A DNA stretch of 57,219 nucleotides from Alphaproteobacteria bacterium (GCA_016794285.1 JAEUKO010000002.1:1424-58642), one strand, 5' to 3'. Shown: positions 9,955 through 18,936, counted from the stretch's first letter. The notes: a model not told the origin generated them from the letters alone. Made by a program: numbers and translations.

Positions 9955-11790
9955 TTATTGACAGGCAAGGCACTCTTCGTACTTCTTCGGCTCAGTCGCC
10001 GCGCCGAGTTCCAGCTGTTCATTCGCAGCTTTAAGATCCTTAGCACGCTGCCAGCTGGCCGCACTTTCCGCACGTTGAATAGATTTGGATCGGCAATAGT
10101 ACAGGGATTTGACCCCCTTAGCCCATGCTTCCCAGTGAACTTGGTGCAGGTCCCGTTTGTGAACGTTGGCCGGCAAAAAGACGTTGAGAGATTGGGCCTG
10201 ACAGACAAAAGGCGTGCGGTCGGCAGCGTGTTCAATTAACCATCTTTGATCGATTTCAAAGGCTGTTTTGAACACGTCTTTTTCGTCTGCGTTCAGGAAG
10301 TCAAGGTGCTGAACAGATCCTTCATTGGTAAAGATCGAGGACCAAACGTCATCTGTATTCAGCCCCTTTTCCGCTAGAATTTTTTCCAAGTAAGGGTTTT
10401 TAACCGCAAAAGACCCCGACAAGGTTTTATGCGTGTAAGCATTGGCAGCGTTTGGCTCAATCCCGGGAGAGGCTCCTCCACAGATAATAGAAATCGAAGC
10501 GGTAGGGGCAATGGCCATTTTATTCGAGAATCTTTCCATGACCCCGTAATCCGCGGCATCAGGGCAAGGACCGAGTTCATGGGCCAATTTGACCGAGGCA
10601 TCATCTGCCTGACGCTTGATGTGCTGGAACATTTTACGGTTCCAGACCTTGGCCATCACGGATTCCATAGGAATCATTTTCATCTGTAGGAAAGAGTGGA
10701 AACCCATGACTCCAAGCCCAACGGAGCGTTCGCGCATCGCAGCGTACTTGGCGCGCTTCATAGAATCCGGAGCCTTCGCGATAAAGTCCGAGAGGACATT
10801 ATCCAGAAAACGCATCACATCTTCGATAAAAGTCGGGTGATCCTGCCATTCCTCGAATGTTTCAAGGTTGAGAGACGACAAACAGCAAACCGCTGTGCGG
10901 TCATTTCCCAGATGGTCGCGTCCGGTTGGTAAGGTGATTTCAGAACACAGATTGGACATTTTGACGTTCAATCCCGCCATTTTGTGATGTTCTGGAATCC
11001 GGTCATTGACGTGGTCGATATAAACCAAATAAGGCTCGCCTGTTTCAATCCGAGCGGTCAGCAAGCGAATCCAGAGATCCCGCGCTTTCACTCTGCTGAT
11101 GACAGCTTTATCTTTGGGAGAGCGTAGTGCCCATTCTTCATCCCGTTCCACAGCGTGCATAAAGGCATCGGACACCAAAACTCCGTGATGCAGATTGAGG
11201 GCTTTTCGGTTTGGATCCCCCCCCGTCGGACGACGAATTTCAATGAATTCCTCAATCTCTGGGTGGTCGATTGGTAGGTAAATCGCAGCGGATCCTCGGC
11301 GCAGTGAGCCTTGAGAAATGGCCAGAGTGAGGGAATCCATGACCCGAATGAACGGAACAATTCCCGAAGTCTTACCATTGCGCCCAACTTTTTCGCCAAT
11401 GGAACGCACATTGCCCCAATAAGAGCCAATTCCGCCGCCCAAAGAAGCTAACCAGACATTTTCGTTCCATAGAGAAACGATGTCTTCAAGCGAATCCCCT
11501 GATTCATTCAGGAAGCAGGAGATAGGGAGACCGCGACTGGTTCCCCCATTTGATAAAATCGGTGTAGCTGGCATAAACCACAGCTTGGAAATATACTCGT
11601 AAATCCGCTGGGCATGGGCATTGTCGTTGCCGTAATACATGGCGACCCGCGCAAAAAGGTCTTGGGGGCTTTCCTCGGGGAGCAAGTAACGATCCACCAG
11701 CGTTGCAATGCCGAATGGAGTGAGTTTCGAATCGCGAGATCGGTCAATTGTGACCCGATTTCCCCGTTCCATTTGTGCAACATCAAACAT
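9955..11790 (-). CDS. nrdA: ribonucleoside-diphosphate reductase alpha subunit (short class I form, no long ATP-cone)
   Basis: 611 aa with PATPILSNGGT, SCFL, GGGIG, NLCSEI, the active-site region and a C-terminal CxxC tail (ECLACQ). Confidence 0.93.
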   Translation of the reverse strand: MFDVAQMERGNRVTIDRSRDSKLTPFGIATLVDRYLLPEESPQDLFARVAMYYGNDNAHAQRIYEYISKLWFMPATPILSNGGTSRGLPISCFLNESGDSLEDIVSLWNENVWLASLGGGIGSYWGNVRSIGEKVGRNGKTSGIVPFIRVMDSLTLAISQGSLRRGSAAIYLPIDHPEIEEFIEIRRPTGGDPNRKALNLHHGVLVSDAFMHAVERDEEWALRSPKDKAVISRVKARDLWIRLLTARIETGEPYLVYIDHVNDRIPEHHKMAGLNVKMSNLCSEITLPTGRDHLGNDRTAVCCLSSLNLETFEEWQDHPTFIEDVMRFLDNVLSDFIAKAPDSMKRAKYAAMRERSVGLGVMGFHSFLQMKMIPMESVMAKVWNRKMFQHIKRQADDASVKLAHELGPCPDAADYGVMERFSNKMAIAPTASISIICGGASPGIEPNAANAYTHKTLSGSFAVKNPYLEKILAEKGLNTDDVWSSIFTNEGSVQHLDFLNADEKDVFKTAFEIDQRWLIEHAADRTPFVCQAQSLNVFLPANVHKRDLHQVHWEAWAKGVKSLYYCRSKSIQRAESAASWQRAKDLKAANEQLELGAATEPKKYEECLACQ

Positions 11791-11883
11791 GGTTTCGCCT
11801 TTTTAACAATCTCGCTCTAACAAGCACAGCGAGGCTGGGTTTCAAAAAATCTGGTTCTTCGTGAAAGTTAGGAAATGGGGAAC

Positions 11884-11932
11884 CCACAACCTATTGTGAT
11901 ACATACACTTGGTAACCTACTACATATTGTTC
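11884..11932 (-). promoter_or_regulatory. two candidate NrdR boxes upstream of nrdA
   Basis: CCACAACCTATTGTGA (11884-11899, 12/16 to consensus acaCwAtATaTwGtgt) and CTACTACATATTGTTC (11917-11932, 11/16). Centres are 33 bp apart, 95-140 bp upstream of the nrdA ATG. Confidence 0.3.
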
Positions 11933-12193
11933 TTACGAACAAAATAATTGTCACCAAAAAAACCGCTCTGGCAAGAGCCACAAGACCAGACCCCTCCGTG
12001 GAAGTCAAAGTGATTCAACAAGTTATCGAGAGCTGTGGGAATCGGGGACAACTCAAAAAAGCAAGCATATTTCAAAATTACTGGAATTTGAGACTGAATT
12101 TACTTTTCGGGAATCTTGTAAATAAATTTCACGATTCGAGAATACCGCAGAAAACCGAGAGATAAGGTGATTCGCGGAATACCGAATCACTTA

Positions 12194-12338
12194 GTGTCCA
12201 TCCATAAAGTTTCCATCTATGGACTGCAAATGGTGGTTTCCTGCGCTTTTGTTGCTCAAGTACCCTGATGTACGTTCCGCTACGGTTCTCGGAGATCCGC
12301 CATTTTCGTCACATATCTGGAACTTTCTGGACGGACAC
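12194..12338. other. ~145-nt long imperfect hairpin (candidate structured RNA or MITE-like palindrome)
   Basis: GTGTCCATCCATAAAGTTTCC (12194-12214) pairs with GGAACTTTCTGGACGGACAC (12319-12338). A second helix joins GACTGCAAATGGTGG (12222-12236) to CCGCCATTTTCGTC (12297-12310). The apical region is 60 nt. The element starts right after the stop codon of the minus-strand gene. Confidence 0.4.
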
Positions 12339-13016
12339 TTACCGTTCAATCAGCACTTCGTAGTAAACATATTTATTGAGGGTTGTTGATCGGTAACAAA
12401 AGGCCGCCTTCCCGTTCAAAGCCGGATCAGAAATGGTGGCGGCGTAGCTAAAAGTTCCGGTAAAGACTGTTGTTTCTCCGGCAACTGTGATGTTAACGGG
12501 TGTGGCCAAACTTCCCGAGAACCCTTTATTGATATAACGACAAGTGTTTAGGCTAATTCCGGGCAAAAAGGCAACAAGATCAGACCCCGCCCCTGTTCCA
12601 TCTGTGCTGCCTATACCATCAATTTCGAGTGATCCGTTAAAAATCCAATCTGATCCGTCATTTACTCCTGCTGGAACAGCCTGATAGGGAATGGCCCCCC
12701 CTTGTGGATGGAAAACTTCCTTTTCGGGGGCCGTACCAAAAACTCCATAAGCAACCGTTCCCGGGTGCGCAAAGCTAATATCAGCGTTGGTGAGCTCATG
12801 AGAGAGTTTGATTCGGACAATGGCCTGACGAACAGATGTTGGAAATTGGTGGATATAGACACTTTCGACACGGTTTTTTTCTTCGCTAACCCCCCCACTT
12901 CCTTGGCGCATGGTCTGTGAAATCGCGTAGGAGAGGGCCGCAAACAAGGCCACGGCAATCAAAATAAGGAATAAGACGTTCCCCTTTTGAGGGGAAAAAG
13001 AGTCATGGCTCATCAT
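12339..13016 (-). CDS. pilin-like protein, uncharacterised family (paralogue 2)
   Basis: N-terminus (M)MSHDSFSPQKGNVLFLILIAVALFAALSYAI. Shares DISFAHP..YG, GG..Y...P.GVNDGS.W.F.G, L(V/I)A(F/V)LP, C..IN and FTGTF blocks with 8261..8938. Start is uncertain (TTG 13025, ATG 13016 or 13013). Confidence 0.6.
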   Translation of the reverse strand: MMSHDSFSPQKGNVLFLILIAVALFAALSYAISQTMRQGSGGVSEEKNRVESVYIHQFPTSVRQAIVRIKLSHELTNADISFAHPGTVAYGVFGTAPEKEVFHPQGGAIPYQAVPAGVNDGSDWIFNGSLEIDGIGSTDGTGAGSDLVAFLPGISLNTCRYINKGFSGSLATPVNITVAGETTVFTGTFSYAATISDPALNGKAAFCYRSTTLNKYVYYEVLIER

Positions 13017-13148
13017 AATGGCCAAGATTATGAGGGTTTTCCCTGTGAAGCAACTGTTTTTATTTGCACTTTACAAGGTGACCAAGTGAAAATCGCATGA
13101 TAAAAGGGCTCAGTAAATCCAGAGACAGAATCGGAAGTGTAAGATCAG

Positions 13149-14576
13149 ATGACAAAAATTATTCGTTCCCGCCAAACAAAAATTGTTGCGACCCTCGGCC
13201 CTGCTTCGGCCTCCGAAGAGATGATTCGGAAGCTTTTTCTGGCAGGAGTTGACGTTTTTCGCCTGAATTTTAGCCACGGAGAACATAGCGACCACCAGTC
13301 GCGTGTAGATATTATTCGCAAAGTCGAACAAGAAACAGGCCGACCAATTGGTATTATTGGTGATTTACAAGGGCCGAAGCTAAGAGTTGGAAAATTTAAG
13401 GACGGAAAAATATCTTTAACGGCGGGACAAAAGATTCGCCTAGATTTGAGTTCCGAGCTCGGCGATGAAACCCGAGTAAACCTTCCCCATCCCGAGGTGA
13501 TTGCGGCCATGAAACCCGGGTCCTTTATCTTGCTTGATGATGGGAAGGTTCGCATGGAGATCGTAGAACAAGGTCCTGACTATTTGGTTGGACAAATTAT
13601 TTCCGGACGGGCCTTATCTAATAACAAAGGATTTAATGTCCCGGGTGTTGTTTTGCCCATTTCTCCGCTGACTCCCAAAGATCGCATTGATCTGGAAGCC
13701 GCCATTGGTATGGGGGTTGACTGGATTGCCCAGTCTTTTGTCCAACGTCCCGAAGATGTTGCTGAAGCTAAGCAGCTTATTGCGGGCCGTGCAGCCCTTC
13801 TCATTAAAATTGAAAAACCATCTGCCCTTAATTACCTCGATGAAATGGTTGCTCTTGCGGATGGCGTGATGTTGGCGCGGGGAGATCTGGGTGTTGAAAT
13901 TCCGCCCGAAGAAGTTCCTATTGTGCAGAAAAAAGTAGTGCGTGCTGTTCGCTTTGCTGGGAAACCGATTGTGGTTGCAACTCAAATGCTTGAGTCCATG
14001 ATCGAGAATCCCTCCCCCACACGCGCAGAAGCTAACGATGTGGCTACAGCCGTTTTTGATGGAACAGATGCTGTTATGCTTTCTGCTGAAACAGCCGCTG
14101 GTCAGTATCCTCTTGAGGCCGTTCAAATTATGGACCGCATTTGCCGCCGCGTTGAACAAGATGAATTATATCGCAGTTTAATTGATGCCGATCATCCCAA
14201 CGCTCGTCAAAATGATGCCTCAGACGCGATTACCATTGCAGCAGATCAGGTGGCCCACGACTTGAAGGCTTCTTGTATTGTTACCTATACAACATCGGGT
14301 TCAACGGCTCTGCGGGCTGTCCGGCAACGCCCCGCGATGAAAGTTGTGGTTATGACACAAAACATCGCGACTGCCAGACGTTTGGCTGTTTCCTATGGAG
14401 TTCATGCCATTGAAGTTCATGAAGCCAAGAGTTTTTCAGATGCGGTTCTCATTGCCCAACATCGCGTTGGAGAAGAAGAAGTCGCCAAGAAGGGGGACCG
14501 TTTCGTCATGACAGCAGGGGTTCCTTTCGGAACCCCCGGGTCAACGAATATTTTGCGTGTCGCGTGGGTGGAGTGA
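13149..14576 (+). CDS. pyk: pyruvate kinase
   Basis: 475 aa with RQTKIVATLGPAS, FRLNFSHG, MLARGDLGVEIP and VATQMLESM motifs. Confidence 0.95.
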   Translation: MTKIIRSRQTKIVATLGPASASEEMIRKLFLAGVDVFRLNFSHGEHSDHQSRVDIIRKVEQETGRPIGIIGDLQGPKLRVGKFKDGKISLTAGQKIRLDLSSELGDETRVNLPHPEVIAAMKPGSFILLDDGKVRMEIVEQGPDYLVGQIISGRALSNNKGFNVPGVVLPISPLTPKDRIDLEAAIGMGVDWIAQSFVQRPEDVAEAKQLIAGRAALLIKIEKPSALNYLDEMVALADGVMLARGDLGVEIPPEEVPIVQKKVVRAVRFAGKPIVVATQMLESMIENPSPTRAEANDVATAVFDGTDAVMLSAETAAGQYPLEAVQIMDRICRRVEQDELYRSLIDADHPNARQNDASDAITIAADQVAHDLKASCIVTYTTSGSTALRAVRQRPAMKVVVMTQNIATARRLAVSYGVHAIEVHEAKSFSDAVLIAQHRVGEEEVAKKGDRFVMTAGVPFGTPGSTNILRVAWVE

Positions 14577-14585
14577 CCCGACCTT

Positions 14586-15542
14586 CTACCTAGCTGAAGC
14601 GATCTGGGTTGAGCTGCCCCGACTTGTATGAAGCCACCACGCGCTCCGATTGATTGAAAAGATCGGTTTATAATGCGAGATGGAATCTGCGCGCCTCATT
14701 TGCTTGATCTGGTTGTCGAGCACCATTGGACCGGACTCGGTATAAACAATCAAAATCGCATGAGGGATACCCTTTTGGGTGTCTTTCACCACCGCCAACC
14801 TCATATGGCTATCTGGCACTCCAAGTGCTCGCAAGGATGCGTATTTGGTAATGGCAAAATCTTCGCAGTCCCCTCCTCTGGAGAAGAATTCGGTTGGAGT
14901 CTCCCAGTAATCTGACTTACCCCAGTTCCGGCTATCGCTGATATAGCGGACGCGGTTCACCATGTCGTTGACGTTGGAAGCCATCTGTTCAATCGGCTGG
15001 TTTTTGAACTGCCGAAGATTATCTTTCCATTCGACTAGGACGGCATTGCTCGAAGCAGACCGAGCCTCATAGCTAAATCGGTCAAAGACTGATTTCCACT
15101 TTGAAAAAGCACTCAGGTCGGTTGATCTCCGCTCTCCTGTCCCAAACAGAGCGTAGTCTGTAACATCAGGACTATAGGAAACTTGAACCATTCCATTCTG
15201 TGACCCCTCCTTCAGCGAGGATCCCGCCCATGCAGGCCGCGTGTGCAGAGATGAAGCCGATACGAGAAGAGTGACCACAGCCGCTCCGCAGCGCAAGGCA
15301 GCTTGAGTTGCGAGCGTCCAGCGAATCTGACTTTGCGTAACCCACCCTTCCTCAACCAGAATCTGACCGAGAGGCCGCCGTTCTAACTGTTGACGCGACA
15401 AAGCCTCCTTGAGTTGCCACGGAGAGAGCCTCTCGCGCAGAACCAGCAACTCTCCCATCCGGTTGCGGTCGAGATAGGCCTTGATGTTCCTCAGAATTCC
15501 CTTGTTTTTTGGCAGATACACGCCATCATTGTTTTTATCCAT
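14586..15542 (-). CDS. MshEN-like (T2SSE_N) tandem motif + single TM + BTLCP/LapG-like transglutaminase-fold cysteine protease
   Basis: Residues 28-80 are RMGELLVLRERLSPWQLKEALSRQ-QLERR-PLGQILVEEGWVTQSQIRWTLATQ. The hydrophobic span is AALRCGAAVVTLLVSASSL. The C-terminal domain carries GGDCEDFAITKY, IPHAILIV and VLDNQ (Cys226/His261/Asp276). Confidence 0.7.
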   Translation of the reverse strand: MDKNNDGVYLPKNKGILRNIKAYLDRNRMGELLVLRERLSPWQLKEALSRQQLERRPLGQILVEEGWVTQSQIRWTLATQAALRCGAAVVTLLVSASSLHTRPAWAGSSLKEGSQNGMVQVSYSPDVTDYALFGTGERRSTDLSAFSKWKSVFDRFSYEARSASSNAVLVEWKDNLRQFKNQPIEQMASNVNDMVNRVRYISDSRNWGKSDYWETPTEFFSRGGDCEDFAITKYASLRALGVPDSHMRLAVVKDTQKGIPHAILIVYTESGPMVLDNQIKQMRRADSISHYKPIFSINRSAWWLHTSRGSSTQIASAR

Positions 15543-15725
15543 GATGTCCCCTTTTGGTCCCTATATTTTACCATTTCGTTATTTTTTATGTGCTTTAATT
15601 TTGCACTTTTTCTTACCCTCTCATTAAACACTGGAAAGATTGACAAAGCATAAATATTCTGTCAAAAGAAGTCAGGTTTCCCTGTTTTTTTATGTTTTGG
15701 CGATACCTCTATCCGGAGTCCCTTG

Positions 15726-17270
15726 ATGACCTCTTCCGAAAATATGACAGAATTGGTTTCCCGCATGGGAAATGTCCGTGTTTTGGTGATTGGCGACTTA
15801 ATGCTGGACCGATTTGTCTATGGTGATGTTGAACGAATTTCACCAGAAAGCCCCGTTCCTGTCTTGGTTGTCCGTCGTGAAAGTCGGATGTTGGGAGGAA
15901 GTGGGAATGTTTTGGCCAATTTGCATGGCCTTGGTGTGCGAGCCGAACTTCTCTCGGTTATCGGAGAGGATTATGAGGGAGACCTTTTAAGGGGATTGGT
16001 TGAAGCCGCTGGAGCTAGCGGAGACCACCTCATTCGTCTGCCAGAAATTCCCACAACCATAAAAACCCGCTTTCTGGCTGGACACCAACAATTGCTCCGT
16101 GTCGATCAAGAACGGAATACACCTCTTCCCAAAGGGACAGAGGACAAGATTATTGAATCCCTCACAAATTTGCTTGTATCTCAAGACGCACTCATTCTCT
16201 CTGACTACGGAAAGGGAGTTCTGACCCCCACTGTCCTTGATTTGGCAATATCTCTGGCACAGAAAAAAGGAATCCCTATCCTTGTTGATCCAAAAGGCAA
16301 TGACTACAAAAAGTATAAGGGAGCCAGTGTGGTTACGCCAAACCGCAAGGAGCTCTCGGAAGCCGCGGGAGGTCTTGCCACGTCTGAAGATGATGATGTC
16401 GTGATAGCGGCTGAAACAGTCATACGCGCTTCTGGAATTGCAAGTGTTGTGGCAACACGTTCTCAGGACGGGATGACGATTCTTCAACAAAACACAGAAA
16501 CAGGAACCTTCGAAAGACCTGTCCATCTGCGGACGCGGGCGCAGGAAGTTTATGATGTTTCAGGTGCAGGAGACACGGTGATTGCTACGATTGCGGCGGC
16601 ACTGGCGGCAGGAGCCAATCTCGTCGAGGCAGCAAGTCTTGCGAATATTGCGGCTGGCATTGTTGTTGCCAAAATTGGGACGGCTTCCATTCGCAGCCGT
16701 GAACTGCAAGAAGCTATCAAACAGCAAGATTCACCTAAGGAAATACTCAGAGGGGATACCGGAACAATGGCGCGGTCTTGTCAGGCCCCTGTTTGCGACT
16801 GGGAGGAAGCGAAGGAAGAAGTTGACCGCTGGCGGGCTCGTGGGCTCAAAATAGGGTTTACCAACGGATGTTTCGATATTTTACACGCCGGACACGTCAA
16901 CTACCTGAACAAGGCCCGAAAATTTTGTGATCGTCTGGTTTTAGGCTTGAATCACGACACCTCAGTTCATTTGCTCAAAGGGCCGACAAGGCCTGTTAAC
17001 GATCAGATTTCACGAGCAGCGGTGCTGGGAGCCTTAGGAGCCGTGGATATGGTTGTCTTTTTTGGGGCCCAAACCGAAGGAGAGGACAATACTGCCAAGA
17101 CTCTCATCCAACTTTTGCAACCGGACTACTACTTCAAAGGGGCTGATTACACGATAGACCGCATTCCCGAAGCTGGGATTGTGGCTTCCTACGGCGGCGA
17201 GGTTCGTTTGGTTCCCCTGACCGAGGGGCTTTCAACCACGGATATTATTGCCAAAATCGTCAAGAGCTGA
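15726..17270 (+). CDS. hldE: bifunctional D-beta-D-heptose 7-phosphate kinase / D-beta-D-heptose 1-phosphate adenylyltransferase
   Basis: N-terminal ribokinase-like domain (VSGAGDTVIA) and C-terminal cytidylyltransferase domain (GFTNGCFDILHAGHVNYL). Confidence 0.92.
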   Translation: MTSSENMTELVSRMGNVRVLVIGDLMLDRFVYGDVERISPESPVPVLVVRRESRMLGGSGNVLANLHGLGVRAELLSVIGEDYEGDLLRGLVEAAGASGDHLIRLPEIPTTIKTRFLAGHQQLLRVDQERNTPLPKGTEDKIIESLTNLLVSQDALILSDYGKGVLTPTVLDLAISLAQKKGIPILVDPKGNDYKKYKGASVVTPNRKELSEAAGGLATSEDDDVVIAAETVIRASGIASVVATRSQDGMTILQQNTETGTFERPVHLRTRAQEVYDVSGAGDTVIATIAAALAAGANLVEAASLANIAAGIVVAKIGTASIRSRELQEAIKQQDSPKEILRGDTGTMARSCQAPVCDWEEAKEEVDRWRARGLKIGFTNGCFDILHAGHVNYLNKARKFCDRLVLGLNHDTSVHLLKGPTRPVNDQISRAAVLGALGAVDMVVFFGAQTEGEDNTAKTLIQLLQPDYYFKGADYTIDRIPEAGIVASYGGEVRLVPLTEGLSTTDIIAKIVKS

Positions 17271-17437
17271 TGGGATGGCTGTCTTCGGCGCATCTTTCTC
17301 GATATAGAAATTGGGCTCTGGTTAAAATGTATGAAAACCCCTCTCGTTTCCGCGAAGCCTCTGGTCGAAGGGGAAAAGTCCTGATAAACTCAATTGCGTT
17401 TTAGCTCCCGATTTCATTTTCTCTTCGTGAGGGTAGT

Positions 17438-18106
17438 ATGAATTTTTCTCTTTTTTATCGTGTAACCCTGTTTGGGGGATCTTTGTTGGTACTCGCGGCG
17501 TGCGATCCGGTAGGAACGCCAGGCTGGATGCCAAACGGATACCGTTTTCAGGACAACACCCCGTTGTCATCCCCCGCGCCGAGCCGTCCATGGGTTGACG
17601 AGGCCGTTATCCACGATACCGAGAAACTGGCTTCTAATACAGCAGCGTGGCAGGGTGCGGTCTTTGAGTTGGTAGAAAAAATTTCTCCGTCTTTACCAAC
17701 GGATGGAACTCCTCTTTTTCTTCAAGAGCCCACTGTAAAAACAGCTCAAAATCAGGCGTTGGATCATTATCTGCGCCAAGCGTTGATGCAAAAAGGATTC
17801 ACGTTGACCACCACTCCCGGGTTTGGCCATGTTCTGCAGGCAACGGCGGGAAGTTTGATGGAAACAGATATTCTGAAGCTGGCGCAAAAAGAAGACAAGT
17901 TCGAGAAAGTTTCAGGGGTTGATCTGCATGACTTCTATCGGCTCTCCCTCGCGGTTGTTGGCGACAAAGGGGCTCTTCTTGCAAAATCTTCGGTTATTGC
18001 GACCCTTCCCTTCGAAAAGCGCGAGTATCTCCGCTTGCCCGGGTTTTCCTATCAACCTGTCGCTGGGCAGACCAGATCTCCCCAAAAGGTTTATAATCGC
18101 CAATAG
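17438..18106 (+). CDS. hypothetical lipoprotein
   Basis: Signal peptide with lipobox LVLAAC. No recognised domain. Confidence 0.55.
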   Translation: MNFSLFYRVTLFGGSLLVLAACDPVGTPGWMPNGYRFQDNTPLSSPAPSRPWVDEAVIHDTEKLASNTAAWQGAVFELVEKISPSLPTDGTPLFLQEPTVKTAQNQALDHYLRQALMQKGFTLTTTPGFGHVLQATAGSLMETDILKLAQKEDKFEKVSGVDLHDFYRLSLAVVGDKGALLAKSSVIATLPFEKREYLRLPGFSYQPVAGQTRSPQKVYNRQ

Positions 18107-18121
18107 AGTAGGTGGATTTTT

Positions 18122-18736
18122 TTAATTAGGAGTGTTTTTGTTTTCTTTGTTCTTGCGATGCTGGCGAATCCACATGACCACTGGCCATGCGATGATAATC
18201 AGCAAAACGAAGCTTGCAGGGAAAACTAGGATTTCAAAAACTTCTTTGGAGATGAGATTTCCTAAAAGATATCCAACGGCGGGAAGACCTGCTCCCCATA
18301 GAATGGCTCCAATCAGGGAATGTACAACAAATTCATGGTAGGGCATTTTATAGATCCCAGCCAGAATAGGAGAAATGGTCCGCAGAACCGGAATAAATCG
18401 GGTTGCGGTGATGGTAACAAAGCCATACTGCTTAAGAAATCTGTTAAAAATCTCGACACGGTCATGAGAGACAAGAGATGAGGCATATTTTCTGAGAAAC
18501 GGCATTCCAAGCCGAGAACCAACCTCATACCCCACAATGTTTCCCATAAGCGCAGCGGAGAAACAGCCAAACATCATGACCCAAATATTAAAGAAACCTT
18601 GCGCACACAAAACGCCGGCTGAAAAAAGAAGGCTGTCTCCTGGCAGAAGAATCCCAAAGAGGATGCCGCATTCACTGAAAATAATCCCCCAAATACCAAC
18701 ATAACCAAGAGATTCAATAAAATGATCTAGCGACAT
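18122..18736 (-). CDS. DedA family membrane protein
   Basis: SECGILFGILLPGDSLLFSAGVL and RFIPVLRT motifs. ATG at 18736 is preferred over the TTG at 18775. Confidence 0.85.
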   Translation of the reverse strand: MSLDHFIESLGYVGIWGIIFSECGILFGILLPGDSLLFSAGVLCAQGFFNIWVMMFGCFSAALMGNIVGYEVGSRLGMPFLRKYASSLVSHDRVEIFNRFLKQYGFVTITATRFIPVLRTISPILAGIYKMPYHEFVVHSLIGAILWGAGLPAVGYLLGNLISKEVFEILVFPASFVLLIIIAWPVVMWIRQHRKNKENKNTPN

Positions 18737-18936
18737 AATGAAAAGTGCCTTTGACTTGAAGCACGGAGAAAACAAAAAAGCATACTACCACATAAAGAGG
18801 AGAAAGGAAGGCAGAGAAAACTTAATATCTTTTCTCTTTCTGGTTAAACCCCTATAAAGTTTGCTAGAAGGTTCTATGTAGTAAGGCTGTAATGCCGCTG
18901 TTAATCCAATGTGAGTATTTTTAGGAGCACGCCCCC

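Noticed and set aside
11875-12165. 96-aa ORF in the long nrdA upstream region
   Set aside because: It has no RBS and covers the candidate NrdR boxes and promoter region. Its composition is unremarkable. It is more likely non-coding leader or promoter DNA.
12279-12297. Similarity of CTCGGAGAT to the 3' end of E. coli 6S RNA
   Set aside because: A 9-nt match is not significant. The alternative closing helix it implies (with 12133-12150) is weaker than the 20-bp helix at 12194-12214/12319-12338. It is kept only as one hypothesis within the structured-element finding.
11791-12340. Possible cobalamin riboswitch upstream of nrdA
   Set aside because: I looked for the B12 box and the GGTG..AA.CC core on the minus strand. 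Only loose resemblances were found (GGTGATTCGCGG is on the wrong strand). A class I RNR also gives no strong prior.
18875-18886. 9-mer TATGTAGTA shared, in the same gene-relative orientation, by the nrdA and nrdB upstream regions
   Set aside because: Given region sizes of about 550 and 160 bp, roughly 0.5 such matches are expected by chance. This is not independent evidence for a shared operator.
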